A stretch of DNA of 64,000 nt from Lysobacterales bacterium. Its GTDB lineage: Bacteria > Pseudomonadota > Gammaproteobacteria > Xanthomonadales > SZUA-5. The stretch spans positions 55,102 to 119,101 of the forward strand of contig JAWLAT010000008.1 in assembly GCA_041395325.1 (NCBI GenBank), written 5' to 3'. A program made the translations under genes and the position numbers. The stretch's first letter is position 1. The number at the start of each line of letters is the position of its first letter. Below the pieces are notes generated by a model. That model was not told where the DNA came from. It worked only from the letters and a program-made list of their open reading frames with translations, and did no database searches. Positions 27,201 through 38,460 of this stretch are shown piece after piece.

Positions 27201-27589
27201 CCATCAAGAGGACCTTGGTCGCCACGATCATGGGTGGCGTGTTGTTCCTGGGCCGTGCCGCCTTCGGCTTCGCCGAGGGCTTCAATTTCGGCGCAACGGT
27301 CATGGGCATCTATGGCGGCATTCAGTCCTCAGCTGCATTGGGTGCGACGGAGGGCGACAAGGCCGACAGTGCCGAGCTGCAGCTGGAGTTCGACGTCGAG
27401 GGCGGTCTGCTGGCCGGGCAGGTGCTGCAGGAGTATCCGACCTGGGCGCGACTGGGAGCCCTAGTCACGGGCACGGACCTGTCTCGACTCGAGTTGTACG
27501 TCGACCGGATGCATGAATATCGGGCGAGTCACCCCTTCGACGCGCACAACGCCTGTACCAAGGCCGAGTGCCCACAGCTCGATCAGTGA
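27197..27589 (+). CDS. Hypothetical exported/membrane-anchored protein (130 aa)
   Basis: N-terminal hydrophobic segment TLVATIMGGVLFLGRAAFGFA. Translationally coupled to the upstream ORF. Confidence 0.5.
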   Translation: MTIKRTLVATIMGGVLFLGRAAFGFAEGFNFGATVMGIYGGIQSSAALGATEGDKADSAELQLEFDVEGGLLAGQVLQEYPTWARLGALVTGTDLSRLELYVDRMHEYRASHPFDAHNACTKAECPQLDQ

Positions 27590-28039
27590 CGCCACGTTGG
27601 ACGGTGCTGTGGTGATCCCGACAACCGATGCCGGGTGTCAGCCCGCCGCCATTCGCGCTTTACCCAGGTGGCGCCATGCACGGCCGCGCGATCTAGGCAG
27701 ATTTCGGTGATAGTTTCGAGGGCGTAGAGGTGACGCTGTTCCAGGCATCATTCATCTTCTGGCTACCCGTCGACCAAACAGTCACTTCGGCCGATGGTGG
27801 CTCGCTTCGATCACCGCCCGCCCTCGCACTATCGAGTCGCGACCAATACCGATCCGCGTGTATCAATCACGTCGCACCCGGCGGTCCCTGCCGTGGCAAC
27901 TGTGGCACTTGGACGTCCGGCGGCCCGCTGTTGTTGAGGATGAACGAGGCGCTGGAGGTGGGTGATATCGCCCTGACGCTCGGCGCTGCGATTCATGATC
28001 AAGCGCATCGACCGGGCCTGAGTGCAGGCACGCGCGTGC

Positions 28040-29665
28040 CTACTCGAAACCATCGCCAAAGACGTCGATCGGGAACGAGAACTCCAGGCCGTCGATCTGG
28101 CCGGGTTGGGAAATCTCGATAAAACTCGGCATCGGCGGCAACGCACCCAAAGTGCACAGCGCGCCAGTGTGGTCCACACACATTGGCGGCACCGCCCAGA
28201 CCATATTGGCCATCAGGAAATACTGACCGGTCGCCAGCGCCGGCAAGGCAAACGTCCCATCGTCGGCCGTGCGCCTCGTGCCAACCTGGTTACCAGCCAT
28301 GTCATGGATGTAGATGTCGGCAATCACGGGTGAATCATCCGACTCGCGATAGCTCCGACCGGCCAGGACCGTGCCGGGCTGCAACAGGAAATCATGCGGT
28401 TGCGCCTGAACGCCAGAGCTGAGCTGCAAGGGGCTGCCGGTGCCGCAACTGCTGATACAGGTCTCGTCCGGCCATTTCACATTCAGATAGCCCAGGTCAT
28501 TGACCGCCGCCAGCGTATTGACCTGGTTCGGATTGATCCCCGCCAGCTCATAGCGACCTTCGCTGTCAGTGAAGGTCGTGCGACTTAGACTCGGCAGGAT
28601 CGGAAATGGCAACACGAACTGCTGGATCTGCACGCCGGACAACGGCATGTTGTCGACGGCAGATCGGACCTGCCCGCGAATGACAGCGCCGGGTGTGGCC
28701 AGAAAATTGATCTGGGTCGCCTCGGCCAACAGACTGGTCGACACAACCGTGCCTTGCATGGGATCGCAACCGGCGTCGCAGGGAATCGCCGGATAGAGCA
28801 CCCTGGACCACCACATGGATGCCCCAGCCACCGGATAGAGCTCGCTGCCGCCCAGAATCAGTCGATAGTCACCATCGGGCAACCCACCAATCTGATAAAG
28901 GCCGCTCCCATCAATGGCCGCTTCAGCGGAGCCGGTTCGGCCGGCGGAATCAATCACGTTCAGTTGCAGAATTCGATTGCGTACGTCCACTGACGGGACC
29001 GAACTGCTCACCGTGCCGCTGACCCGTGCGCCACGGATCAGACGCATCGTGACCTCAAGGCTCTCTCCGGATGCCAGCATGAAGCTCTGCGCACCGGTGG
29101 GATCAGCATCGATCGGCAACAGCAGGTCTGGCCAGCACTGGTCCCGATAATCGTCGGTCGGGTCCGTGACACACAGGCGATACTCACCCGCCTGCAACGA
29201 TTGCCAGAGTATTTCGCCCAAGTCATTGCTGGTCGGTCCGGTACCACCGCTGCCGAACCTGGTCAGGAATGCCCTCGTACCGGCGATCGGCGCGTCGTTC
29301 TCGGCGTCAAGCAAGCGCAGTCGCACACTGGCGGGCCGGTTCAGCAACACGTCGGCGTCGTTAATAGAAACCCCGGCGGTCAACGTGATCGTTCGCGTGG
29401 CGCTCAAGTAGCCTGTCCGGCTGGCGCTGATGCCATACAAGGCCGAGCCGTCGAAATCGAACTCGAAGCGCCCATCCGGTCCCGTCTCCAACCGGGCGAT
29501 CTCGTTGGGGATGAATCCCCACAAGGAAAAGATCACCGTGGCGCCGTCCACCGGTGCCAGGGTGCCGGCATCCAGGATGCGGCCGGCGACCGTGGCACTT
29601 TGGGCACCGCCGCAAACGAGCAGCAACAACGCGGCGGAGAATCGGAGAATCGTTCTGGACATCAT
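28040..29665 (-). CDS. Secreted protein with several CarboxypepD_reg-like / Cna-B-like beta-sandwich domains and C-terminal DGFE tail
   Basis: Start at MMSRTILRFSAALLLLVCGGAQSA (ATG-ATG at 29665..29660). Repeated G.[IV].D....P[IVL].G..[VI] ... GEYRL / GDYRL / GRYEL / GQYFL units. Ends FPIDVFGDGFE*. The 120-aa upstream extension in the track looks non-coding. Confidence 0.8.
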   Translation of the reverse strand: MMSRTILRFSAALLLLVCGGAQSATVAGRILDAGTLAPVDGATVIFSLWGFIPNEIARLETGPDGRFEFDFDGSALYGISASRTGYLSATRTITLTAGVSINDADVLLNRPASVRLRLLDAENDAPIAGTRAFLTRFGSGGTGPTSNDLGEILWQSLQAGEYRLCVTDPTDDYRDQCWPDLLLPIDADPTGAQSFMLASGESLEVTMRLIRGARVSGTVSSSVPSVDVRNRILQLNVIDSAGRTGSAEAAIDGSGLYQIGGLPDGDYRLILGGSELYPVAGASMWWSRVLYPAIPCDAGCDPMQGTVVSTSLLAEATQINFLATPGAVIRGQVRSAVDNMPLSGVQIQQFVLPFPILPSLSRTTFTDSEGRYELAGINPNQVNTLAAVNDLGYLNVKWPDETCISSCGTGSPLQLSSGVQAQPHDFLLQPGTVLAGRSYRESDDSPVIADIYIHDMAGNQVGTRRTADDGTFALPALATGQYFLMANMVWAVPPMCVDHTGALCTLGALPPMPSFIEISQPGQIDGLEFSFPIDVFGDGFE

Positions 29666-30172
29666 CTGGACACGGACAGAGAGGGCTGCGGCGACGATGC
29701 ATGAGGCGCCACGATCAGGCAAGCGTGAGACGTCGAAAAGCAAATCGGTGAGCCGTGCCCGGGAAACGACGCTCTCGCGCGCCAGGGATTTCGCGGGCAA
29801 CACGGTGTTTCGATGGCCAATCTCGGTTGATCCCAGCGCGATCGGCCGATGGTCACCGATGTAGCCCGTCCTGAACCCGCTGAAATCGGCTGTGCGAGTT
29901 GTGTGCCCACGGCGGCAAGGTTGTGCGGGCATCCCGTCTGGCAGTAGGCCGAGACGGCTGTTGCGCCGCGACGACCAACGACCGAGCGCGGCTGCAGGAC
30001 GCCCTGCGCCGACAGGCTCGGTCATGGGATCGGTGACGCCGGGGCGTCAGATCCAGCCCAGATCACCCATTCCAACTTGGCCCCTGTTGGTGCCGCGCCA
30101 GCAACCCAACGCTGACCTAAACCCGCCCTGAACCGATTGGCCGGCCTGTGCCGATCGTTGGTTGACCAAAAG

Positions 30173-30190
30173 AGAATGAGCGTTCATTCT
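30173..30190. promoter_or_regulatory. Palindrome AGAATGA-GCGT-TCATTCT, candidate TetR operator / promoter region of the RND operon
   Basis: 7-bp perfect arms, with flanking A/T runs extending the pairing to 30169-30194. It sits in an AT-rich patch about 65 bp upstream of the adaptor gene ATG. Confidence 0.45.
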
Positions 30191-30255
30191 TTTTCCGACC
30201 GAGCCGACCTCTCCGCGTCGGTCCCGTCATTTCGATCCCTAGAGTGAACGCTTTC

Positions 30256-31467
30256 ATGGCCAATTTCCCCTCCCGCACCGCTCTGCTCTTGGCGTTGACG
30301 GCCGGCGCCTTGACGCTGGCCGGCTGCAGTCAAGGCGAGCCACCCACCCGTACGGCGCCCCCGGCTGCGGTCACCGTAGTCACCCTGCAACCCCAAGCGG
30401 TCACCCTGACCCGCGAACTGATCGGGCGGGTCGAGGCCTCGGAAGAGGCCGAGGTCCGGCCGCAGGTCACCGGGATCGTCGAGGATCTGCTGTTCACCGA
30501 AGGTGGCAGCGTGCAGGCCGGCCAGCCGCTGTATCAGCTGGACCAGACTTCCTATCGTGCCGACGCCGACAGCGCTCGCGCCGCGGTGGCGCGGGCTCAG
30601 GCCGCACTAACCACAGCCCGCCAGAACGCCAACCGGTCCACCGAACTGGTCAAGATCGACGCGATCAGTCGGCAGGAAGACGAAACCACCCAGGCCACGC
30701 TGCAACTGGCACAGGCCGACCTGCGAGCAGCCGAAGCCGCCTTGCAGGGCGCCAAGGTGCCGTTGGGCTTCACCCGGATCACGGCCCCCATCAGCGGCCG
30801 CATCGGGCGCTCCAGCGTCACTCGCGGCGCGCTGGTCACCGGCAGTCAAAGCCAGCCACTGGCCCAGATCCAGCAGCTGGATCCGGTCTACGTCGAAGTC
30901 AGCCAGTCCAGCGCCGAACTGCTGCAGTTGCGTCGAGGGCTGGACGCCGGAGACGTGCAGCAGGCGCAGTCAGTCCCGGTCACGCTCACATTGGAGGACG
31001 GCAGCCGCTACGCCGAAGCCGGCGAGTTGCGCTTCGCCGAAGCCACCGTCGATCCGACCACCGGCGCAGTGGCGATGCGAATCGTGGTCGCCAACCCTGA
31101 GCAGCTGTTGCTGCCGGGCATGTTCGTGCGAGCGACCGTCGCCAACGCCGAGCGTCGCGACGCGATCCTGGCGCCGCAACAGGGCATCACCCGCAACGCC
31201 AAGGGTGAGGCCACGGCGCTGGTGGTGGATGCCGACAGCAAGGCGGCGCTGCGCGACGTGCAGGTCAGCCGCGCCATCGGCGACCAATGGCTGATCGAGT
31301 CCGGCCTGGAGGCGGGCGATCGGTTGATCGTCGAGGGCCTGCAAAAGATCGCCCCAGGTGCGCCCGTCAATGCCGTCGAAGCAACCGCGGTGGCGGCCAC
31401 GACTGACGCTGAAGCCGCCGCCGGCGGCCCGGCGACCGCGCCGACCGGCGTCGGCGCCAGCGAATAA
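30256..31467 (+). CDS. RND efflux periplasmic adaptor (membrane fusion protein, AcrA/MexA-like) lipoprotein
   Basis: [24 protein letters not shown] lipobox; typical [13 protein letters not shown], coiled-coil hairpin and barrel regions. GTG at 30244 is an alternative start. Confidence 0.92.
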   Translation: MANFPSRTALLLALTAGALTLAGCSQGEPPTRTAPPAAVTVVTLQPQAVTLTRELIGRVEASEEAEVRPQVTGIVEDLLFTEGGSVQAGQPLYQLDQTSYRADADSARAAVARAQAALTTARQNANRSTELVKIDAISRQEDETTQATLQLAQADLRAAEAALQGAKVPLGFTRITAPISGRIGRSSVTRGALVTGSQSQPLAQIQQLDPVYVEVSQSSAELLQLRRGLDAGDVQQAQSVPVTLTLEDGSRYAEAGELRFAEATVDPTTGAVAMRIVVANPEQLLLPGMFVRATVANAERRDAILAPQQGITRNAKGEATALVVDADSKAALRDVQVSRAIGDQWLIESGLEAGDRLIVEGLQKIAPGAPVNAVEATAVAATTDAEAAAGGPATAPTGVGASE

Positions 31468-31481
31468 CAGGAGCCCTACCC

Positions 31482-34400
31482 ATGGCACGCTTCTTCATCG
31501 ATCGCCCGATTTTTGCCTGGGTGATCGCCATCATTCTGATGCTCGCAGGCGCCCTGGCCATCACCGAACTGCCGGTGGAGCGCTATCCGGACATCGCCCC
31601 GCCGCAGGTCAGCATCAGCGCCACCTATCCGGGTGCCTCGGCCCAGGTGGTCGAGAACTCGGTGACCCAGATCATCGAACAGGCGATGCAGGGGCTGGAC
31701 GGCATGATGTACATGTCCTCCACCAGCCAGTCGAACGGCCAGGCCAGCGTCAGCATCACCTTCGCCAACGGCACCAATGCCGATACCGCGCAGGTGCAGG
31801 TGCAGAACAAGCTGCAGACGGTGACCTCGCAGCTGCCACAGGTCGTTCAGCAACAGGGCATCAGCGTCAACAAGGCCCAGAATGGCTTCCTGATGGTGGC
31901 CGCCTTTGTCTCCCGCGACGGCAGCATGAACGGAGAGGACATCGGCGACTACATCGGCAGCGCCGTGTCCGACCGGGTTGCGCGCGTGCCGGGCGTCGGC
32001 GGTACCCAGCTGTTCGGCACCAAGTACGCGATGCGCATCTGGCTGGATCCGGGCAAGCTCGACACCTATGGCTTGAGCGTGGCCGAAGTCACCGCTGCCC
32101 TGCGGGCGCAGAACGCGCAGATCGCGGTGGGCCAGCTCGGCGGCGCGCCCGCCGTCGAAGGCCAGCAGCTCAACGCCACCATCAATGCGCAGGACCGCCT
32201 GCAAACGCCTGAGCAGTTCCGCAACATCCTGCTGCGCACCCGCACTGACGGCTCCACGCTGCGGCTGGCCGATGTGGCGCGAGTCGAACTCGGCGCAGAA
32301 CGTTACGGCACCACCGCTCGCTACAACGGCAAGCCCGCCAGCGGTATGGCGATCATGCTCGCCACCGGCGCCAACGCCCTGGAGACTGCGGCCGCCGTGC
32401 GCGCCGAAATCGACGAGATCAAACCCTACTTCCCGGCCGGGCTGGATGTGGTCTACCCCTTTGATACGACGCCCTTTGTCAGCGTCTCCATCGAAGGCGT
32501 CATCCACACGCTGATCGAAGCGGTGGTGCTGGTTTTCCTGGTGATGTACCTGTTCCTGGGCAACTTCCGCGCCACGCTGATCCCGACGATTGCCGTGCCG
32601 GTCGTGCTGCTGGGCACCTTCGGCGTGCTCTATGCGCTGGGCTTCTCGATCAACATGCTGACGATGTTCGCCAGCGTGCTGGCCATCGGCCTGCTGGTCG
32701 ACGACGCCATCGTGGTGGTCGAGAACGTCGAGCGCCTGATGAGCGAAGAAGGCCTGTCACCCAGGGAAGCGGCCCGCAAGTCGATGGACCAGATCACCGG
32801 TGCGCTGATCGGTATCGGTGTGGTGCTGGCGGCAGTGTTCGTGCCGATGGGACTGATGGCAGGCGCCACCGGCGTAATCTACCTGCAGTTCACCGCCACG
32901 ATTGTCACGGCGATGGCGCTGTCGGTGCTGGTCGCCATCGTGCTGACGCCGGCACTGTGCGCCACCATGCTCAAGCCCGTCCAGAAGGGGGGCCACATCG
33001 AGCACGCCAGCGGTCCCATCGGTCGCTTTCTGGACTGGTTCAACGACCGTTTCGACGCCGGCAGCCGACGCTATCAGCGGGGCGTGCGCGGCATCCTCGG
33101 GCGTCCGGGCCGCTTTATGCTGATCTATCTGGTGCTGGGTGTGGTCGCCGCACTGCTGTTCCTGCGCACCCCCACCGGCTTTCTGCCGGAAGAGGACCAG
33201 GGCGTGCTGATGAACATCGTGCAGGCACCGGTGGGCGCCACCTCCGAGCGCACCCAGGCTTCGATGGACCAGCTGACCCGGCACTTCCTGGACAACGAGA
33301 CCGACACCATCGAATCGGTCTTCACGGTGCAGGGCTTCAGCTTCAGCGGCAGCGGTCAGAACACCGGCATGGGCTTCGTCAAACTCACTGACTGGGACGA
33401 GCGCACCGCCGCCGAGCAGTCCGCCGCCTCGATCGCCGGTCGCGCCATGGCTGGGCTGTCGCAGCTGAAGGATGCGCTGGCCTACACCATCTCGCCGCCG
33501 GCCATCCAGGGGCTGGGTTCGACCGCCGGCTTCTCCTTCAACCTGATGGACAACGGCAACCTGGGCCACGAGGCGCTGATGGCCGCGCGCAACCAGTTCC
33601 TGGGCCTGGCCGGCCAGAGCGCGCTGATCACCGGCGTGCGTCCGAACGGACAGGAAGACCAGCCGCAGCTGCGCCTGGACATCGACCAGGCCAAGGCGCA
33701 ATCGCTGGGTCTGTCGAGCGCCGACATCAACAGCACCTTGAGCACCGCCTGGGGTGGCAGCTATGTCGATGACTTCATCGACCGCGGCCGGGTCAAGCGG
33801 GTCTACGTCCAGGCCGACGCGCCCTTCCGCATGTTGCCCGGTGACATGGATCGCTGGTCGGTGCGCAATGCCGACGGCGACATGGTGCCCTTCTCCGCCT
33901 TCGGCAGCTCGCGCTGGGAGTACGGTTCGCCGCGGCTGGAGCGCTACGACGGCAACTCCTCGCTGGAGATCCAGGGACAGGCCGCCGCCGGCGTGAGCTC
34001 GGGCGAAGCCATGGCCGAAGTCGAGCGGCTGGTCGCCGAACTCCCCGCCGGCATCGGCATCGAATGGACCGGCCAGTCCTATCAGGAACGGCAGGCCGGC
34101 AACCAGATCGTGCTGCTCTACAGCCTGTCGCTGCTGATCGTCTTCCTGGCCCTGGCCGCCCTGTACGAAAGCTGGAATGTGCCGACCGCGGTGCTGCTGA
34201 TGGCGCCGCTGGGCATCCTCGGCGCGGTGCTGGCCACCTTGCTGCGCGGGCTGGAACGCGATGTCTATTTCCAGGTGGCGATGCTGACCACCGTGGGACT
34301 GACCAGCAAGAACGCGGTACTGATCATCGAGTTCGCCAAGCAGTACTACGAACAGGGCACAGCACTGGTCGACGCGATCATGCACGCAGTGCGCGATCGC

Positions 34401-34652
34401 CTGCGGCCGATCGTGATGACCTCGCTGGCCTTCGGCCTGGGTGTGTTGCCGATGGCGCTGGCCAGCGGCGCGGGCTCCGGCGCGCAGATCGCCATCGGCA
34501 CCGGCGTGCTTGGCGGCATGGTCGTCGGCACGCTGCTCGGTCTGTTCTTCATCCCACTGTTTTATCTGGTCGTGGTTCGCCTGTTCGACCGCAACAAGCA
34601 CCGGCAACAGGACGCTGAAATGCCCGCTGCCGCAGGAGCTTCCCATGCCTAA
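31482..34652 (+). CDS. RND multidrug efflux permease (AcrB/MexB family, HAE1)
   Basis: [28 protein letters not shown]-terminus; 1056 aa; 12-TM / two large loop architecture. AGGAG RBS at 31469-31473. Confidence 0.97.
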   Translation: MARFFIDRPIFAWVIAIILMLAGALAITELPVERYPDIAPPQVSISATYPGASAQVVENSVTQIIEQAMQGLDGMMYMSSTSQSNGQASVSITFANGTNADTAQVQVQNKLQTVTSQLPQVVQQQGISVNKAQNGFLMVAAFVSRDGSMNGEDIGDYIGSAVSDRVARVPGVGGTQLFGTKYAMRIWLDPGKLDTYGLSVAEVTAALRAQNAQIAVGQLGGAPAVEGQQLNATINAQDRLQTPEQFRNILLRTRTDGSTLRLADVARVELGAERYGTTARYNGKPASGMAIMLATGANALETAAAVRAEIDEIKPYFPAGLDVVYPFDTTPFVSVSIEGVIHTLIEAVVLVFLVMYLFLGNFRATLIPTIAVPVVLLGTFGVLYALGFSINMLTMFASVLAIGLLVDDAIVVVENVERLMSEEGLSPREAARKSMDQITGALIGIGVVLAAVFVPMGLMAGATGVIYLQFTATIVTAMALSVLVAIVLTPALCATMLKPVQKGGHIEHASGPIGRFLDWFNDRFDAGSRRYQRGVRGILGRPGRFMLIYLVLGVVAALLFLRTPTGFLPEEDQGVLMNIVQAPVGATSERTQASMDQLTRHFLDNETDTIESVFTVQGFSFSGSGQNTGMGFVKLTDWDERTAAEQSAASIAGRAMAGLSQLKDALAYTISPPAIQGLGSTAGFSFNLMDNGNLGHEALMAARNQFLGLAGQSALITGVRPNGQEDQPQLRLDIDQAKAQSLGLSSADINSTLSTAWGGSYVDDFIDRGRVKRVYVQADAPFRMLPGDMDRWSVRNADGDMVPFSAFGSSRWEYGSPRLERYDGNSSLEIQGQAAAGVSSGEAMAEVERLVAELPAGIGIEWTGQSYQERQAGNQIVLLYSLSLLIVFLALAALYESWNVPTAVLLMAPLGILGAVLATLLRGLERDVYFQVAMLTTVGLTSKNAVLIIEFAKQYYEQGTALVDAIMHAVRDRLRPIVMTSLAFGLGVLPMALASGAGSGAQIAIGTGVLGGMVVGTLLGLFFIPLFYLVVVRLFDRNKHRQQDAEMPAAAGASHA

Positions 34653-36054
34653 GTACGCCCAATTGCTGATCGCGCTGACCCTCGCGCTACTGAGCTCCGG
34701 TTGCGCCACGCTGGCGCCGACCCTGCCGGAGGCACAGCCGCAGCTTCGCCAGGCCTGGCCGGTACCCGAGCGCACTGAAACCACAGCCGTTGCCGGAGAC
34801 AGCAGCGACATAGGCTGGCGCGATGTGCTCATCGATCCACGCATCGAGCGCGTGGTTGCCCAGGCGCTGGACCACAATCGCGATCTGCGCGTGGCGGTGC
34901 TGAATGTCGAGCGGGCCCGCCAGCAATACCGGATCCAGCGTGCCGAGCAGTTGCCGGCGATCGGGGCGAATGCCAGCCTCACTCGCAATGGTGGTGATGC
35001 AGCAGTCAGTGATGCCTACAGCGCCTCACTGGGTCTGGCCAGCTTCGAGCTGGATCTGTTCGGTCGCGTGCGCAGCCTCAGCGAAGCTGCCGTGCAGCAA
35101 TACTTCGCTGCAGACGAAAATCGCCGGGCGGCGCAGATTGCCCTGCTGGCCGAAACCGTCAATGCCTGGATGGCCCTGGCCGCCGATCAAAGCCTGCTGT
35201 CGATCTCCCGCGAGACCCTGGCCACCCACGAGGAGTCCCTGCGCCTGACCGAGCGGCGCCACCAACTCGGCGCCAGCAGCGGTCTGGTGCTGGTGCAGGT
35301 GCGCACCCAGCTGGAAACCGCCCGCGGTGACGTGGCCTTCTACAGCGGCCGGGTGGAACAGGACCGCCACGTCCTGGATCTGCTGGTCGGTTCACCGGTG
35401 ACCGAGGAAAACCTGCCACAGGCCTTCGATGACGACCTGGTGGCTCTGGTCGCCCTGCCCGCCGGGGTGCCGTCGGAGTCGCTGCTGCGTCGCCCGGACA
35501 TCCAGGCGGCGGAGCATCAGTTGCGTGCGGCCAATGCCAACATCGGCGCCGCGCGTGCCGCGTTCTTTCCGTCCATCAGTCTGACCGGCAACGCCGGTAC
35601 AGCCAGCAGTGATTTCTCCGGGCTGTTCGGTGCCGGTACGCGCTACTGGCAGTTCGTTCCGCAGATCAACCTGCCCATCTTCCAGGGTGGCGCGCTGCGT
35701 GCGAGCCTGGGCGTGGCGCAGGCCGACCAGGACATCGCCCTGGCCAACTACGAAAGGGCGATCCAGACCGGCTTCCGCGAAGTGGCCGATGCGATCAGCC
35801 TCAGTCAGAGTCTGGCCCAGCAGCGCGGCGCAGCCGAGCGCCTACGCGAAGCCTCCGAACGGGCCGAAAGCCTTTCACAGGCCCGTTACAATGCCGGCTA
35901 CGACAGCTATCTGAACCTGCTGGATGCGCAGCGCAGTTTGTATGCCGCGCAGCAGGGGGTGGTGTCTGCGCGTTTGAACGAGCAGGCCAACCGCATTGCG
36001 CTTTACGCCGCCCTGGGCGGTGGCTGGCAAACCGACCCGGAGACGAGCCCATGA
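34645..36054 (+). CDS. Outer-membrane efflux lipoprotein (OprM/NodT family)
   Basis: [20 protein letters not shown] lipobox; duplicated OEP repeats. 8-nt overlap with the permease gene. The track ORF start at 34441 lies inside the permease gene and is rejected. Confidence 0.93.
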   Translation: MPKYAQLLIALTLALLSSGCATLAPTLPEAQPQLRQAWPVPERTETTAVAGDSSDIGWRDVLIDPRIERVVAQALDHNRDLRVAVLNVERARQQYRIQRAEQLPAIGANASLTRNGGDAAVSDAYSASLGLASFELDLFGRVRSLSEAAVQQYFAADENRRAAQIALLAETVNAWMALAADQSLLSISRETLATHEESLRLTERRHQLGASSGLVLVQVRTQLETARGDVAFYSGRVEQDRHVLDLLVGSPVTEENLPQAFDDDLVALVALPAGVPSESLLRRPDIQAAEHQLRAANANIGAARAAFFPSISLTGNAGTASSDFSGLFGAGTRYWQFVPQINLPIFQGGALRASLGVAQADQDIALANYERAIQTGFREVADAISLSQSLAQQRGAAERLREASERAESLSQARYNAGYDSYLNLLDAQRSLYAAQQGVVSARLNEQANRIALYAALGGGWQTDPETSP

Positions 36055-36683
36055 GCAGTACGGCGGAGAACAGTCGCCAGCAGCGCGCGCTGGCACAGCG
36101 CAACCGCATTCTCGACGCCGCCCAGCAGTGCTTCAGCGAGAACGGCTTCCATGGCGCCAGCATGGCCAACATCGCCGAGACCGCGCAAATGAGTCCCGGC
36201 CTGATCTATCGCTACTTCAAGGGAAAATCGGAATTGATCCACGGCATTGTGTCGCGTCAGATCGAACTGATCGCCGAAGATCTGGAAACCTTCAAGTCCA
36301 GCGCCAGCGAGGCTGCGCGCCACATCGCCGAGCGCTTCAAGGAAGTGGTCTCATCGCCCAAACGACGAACCACGCCTTCTCGGTTGCTGGAGCCGGCACT
36401 GATCCTGGAAATCGTCGCTGAATCGGGCCGCGACCCGGTGATCGCCAGTGCACTGGACGAATTGGACACCTATGTGGACAAGGCCCTCAGCGGCTGGTTG
36501 GCGCTGCCTCAGGGCGACGGCGACCGCGGCGTGCCACCCGATCAGCTGGCCGCCCGCACACTGATCCTGCGCAGCCTGCTGGACGGCCTGAAAATGCGTC
36601 AGGCCCGCTATCCGGAACTGGACGAACAACTGCTGCACCAGGCCCTGGATATCGCCCTGCACGATCTGCGCCGACGCGACTGA
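36051..36683 (+). CDS. TetR/AcrR-family transcriptional regulator
   Basis: N-terminal HTH RILDAAQQCFSENGFHGASMANIAETAQMSPGLIYRYFKGK. ATGA overlap with the OMF stop. Confidence 0.9.
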   Translation: MSSTAENSRQQRALAQRNRILDAAQQCFSENGFHGASMANIAETAQMSPGLIYRYFKGKSELIHGIVSRQIELIAEDLETFKSSASEAARHIAERFKEVVSSPKRRTTPSRLLEPALILEIVAESGRDPVIASALDELDTYVDKALSGWLALPQGDGDRGVPPDQLAARTLILRSLLDGLKMRQARYPELDEQLLHQALDIALHDLRRRD

Positions 36684-37044
36684 CGCCGCTCATGCCGGGC
36701 GCTGGAGTGCCGGGCGCTGGTCCCTGCCCAGGCACGTTGGGGTCGTATGTGGAAGCGTCTGAGCGGGCGGGAAGGACCGGTTCGATCGCTGATCGCGGCC
36801 ACCTGAGCGCGCTGCGACGCGCCTATCAAGTCGGCTTTGGTTGTTCTGTATCTGCGCCGCGAACGGAAACGACGGGAGGTTCGGGACGGAAGGCCTCTGC
36901 GGCGGAGAAATGCCAGGCCGCTCTGCAACCGGATCTGCCGCGCTCGTATCTACGCTTCCCCGAAACGCCGCCATCCTGCGGTGTACGGAGAGTCGATCAG
37001 TGAGTTTGTTGACGAGCGTTGGGATCGTCGGTCAGCGCGGCACG

Positions 37045-38172
37045 ATGGAAGGAATCTCCCGTGCTGGCGCGCCTCTCCGATCCGGCCGAGTGTCGGCCTG
37101 CCTGTGTGCGGCATTGTTGGCCCTGACCCTGCAGACCAGCGTGACCCTTGCGCAGCCCGGCCCGCCGCCAGACGCCGCAGCCGTCAGCTTGAGTGCCAGC
37201 GAGAACCGCGAGGTGGTGTTGGCCCTGGCCGAGGTGCTGCGTGAGCGTTTTGCTTTCCGCGAACGCGGCCACGAGGCCGCGCGGCAGATCGAGGCACTGG
37301 AACAGCGCGGTGCGTTTCGCGATGCCCACACGGCTGCGGAGCTGCTGTCACTGATCGAAGAACAGATCACGCCCATCGTCAACGATGGCCATTTCCGCGC
37401 CCGCTACTTCGGTCCCGAGATGGTCGCCGGTTTCAGCGATCAGCCGCCCTCGGCAGACGAGATTGCGGCCTTCCACGACGAGGTCCGCCTGCGTGGCGGT
37501 GAGATTCCGGACGTGCGCTGGCTGCCGGGCAATGTGGGCTATCTGCGCATCACCCGGTTCATCGACGCGCCACCCAGCAGCGAGAAACTGGCCTTCGCGC
37601 TGAACCTGCTTGCCGACACCGGCGCACTGATCGTCGACGTGCGTGGCTCACCGGGTGGCGAGCCTGCCGGCGTGGCGAACGTGATTGGCCATCTTGTCAG
37701 TGAGCGCACGCCCACGGTACACACGCAGGGTGACGATCAGTCCGCCGCGGATCGCACCTTCTACGCCGAGCCTCGACTGCCCAGCTTCGCCGACAAGCCC
37801 CTGTTCGTGCTGGTCGATGAGCGAACGGGATCGGGCGCCGAAGAATTCGCCTATGACCTGCAGGCGCTCCAGCGCGCCATTCTGGTCGGTCAGACCACCG
37901 CTGGCGCCGCGACGCCGGGCGGCTACCGCCCGCTGGCGCACGGTTTCGTGGCCTTCATCCCGATGCAGATCGTCGCCAACACGATCACCGGCACCAACTG
38001 GGAAGGGGTCGGCGTTATCCCCGACGTGGCGGTCCCGGCCGCTGAGGCGCTGGCGCATGCGCATCGGCTGGCGCTGGAGGCGATCCTGAAGGACGCGCAG
38101 GCGCTGCCGCGTGCCATTGCCGAAGAAGGGTTGGAAGGGTTGGTGTCGATCGAGGCGTCGTCAGTGCAGTAG
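37045..38172 (+). CDS. Secreted S41-family peptidase (IRBP/tail-specific-protease-like core)
   Basis: Signal peptide ...CLCAALLALTLQTSVTLAQP; VDVRGSPGGE and DERTGSGAEEFAYDL (nucleophile Ser region) motifs. Start set to MEGISRAG (ATG 37045). Confidence 0.78.
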   Translation: MEGISRAGAPLRSGRVSACLCAALLALTLQTSVTLAQPGPPPDAAAVSLSASENREVVLALAEVLRERFAFRERGHEAARQIEALEQRGAFRDAHTAAELLSLIEEQITPIVNDGHFRARYFGPEMVAGFSDQPPSADEIAAFHDEVRLRGGEIPDVRWLPGNVGYLRITRFIDAPPSSEKLAFALNLLADTGALIVDVRGSPGGEPAGVANVIGHLVSERTPTVHTQGDDQSAADRTFYAEPRLPSFADKPLFVLVDERTGSGAEEFAYDLQALQRAILVGQTTAGAATPGGYRPLAHGFVAFIPMQIVANTITGTNWEGVGVIPDVAVPAAEALAHAHRLALEAILKDAQALPRAIAEEGLEGLVSIEASSVQ

Positions 38173-38210
38173 TGGTTGTCGAACTCGACGAACATTGAGC
38201 GGACCGGCTG

Positions 38211-38432
38211 CTACTCAAACCCGTCGGCAAACAGATCGTCGGCGCCGTCGGGAGCCTCGCTGGCATGCAGGAATCCGCCGCGCAGGCTGAAGGATCGATC
38301 GGCGCGGACACGCTTGCCTGAGGGTTGGCCGGACTGCAGACTCGGGTTTGCCTTGGACAAAATCGATGAGGCAGCGCGTGGGTCAAAGCCAATCCAGATG
38401 GATGGGTAAGCGCAGCGCAGGGACCTCTGCAG
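38211..38432 (-). pseudogene. Orphan 3' gene remnant encoding only a ...DGADDLFADGFE* tail (no start codon, no signal peptide)
   Basis: Not in the ORF track. My minus-strand translation between the stop at 38433-38435 and TAG at 38213..38211 reads LQRSLRCAYPSIWIGFDPRAASSILSKANPSLQSGQPSGKRVRADRSFSLRGGFLHASEAPDGADDLFADGFE. There is no Met. The last 27 nt are close to the 3' end of the M14 peptidase gene. Confidence 0.4.
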
Positions 38433-38460
38433 TCAATCGCATTGTGAGCGGATTGGATCC

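Noticed and set aside
27590-28040. 450-bp stretch between convergent genes with several 60-130-aa ORFs (27730..28122, 27829..28179, 27999..28181)
   Set aside because: None has a plausible start context, motif or GC3 bias. I tried all frames looking for a transposase or integrase remnant and found nothing I could support. It may be decayed sequence.
32757-34988. 743-aa minus-strand ORF inside the RND permease/OMF genes
   Set aside because: Antisense to an AcrB-family gene that is recognisable along its full length. The composition is dominated by Arg/Gly/Ala/His/Gln runs.
36693-36720. 13-bp direct repeat TGCCGGGCGCTGG x2 (2-nt spacer) just after the TetR stop codon
   Set aside because: Too short and GC-rich to distinguish from chance. 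No associated structure or gene.
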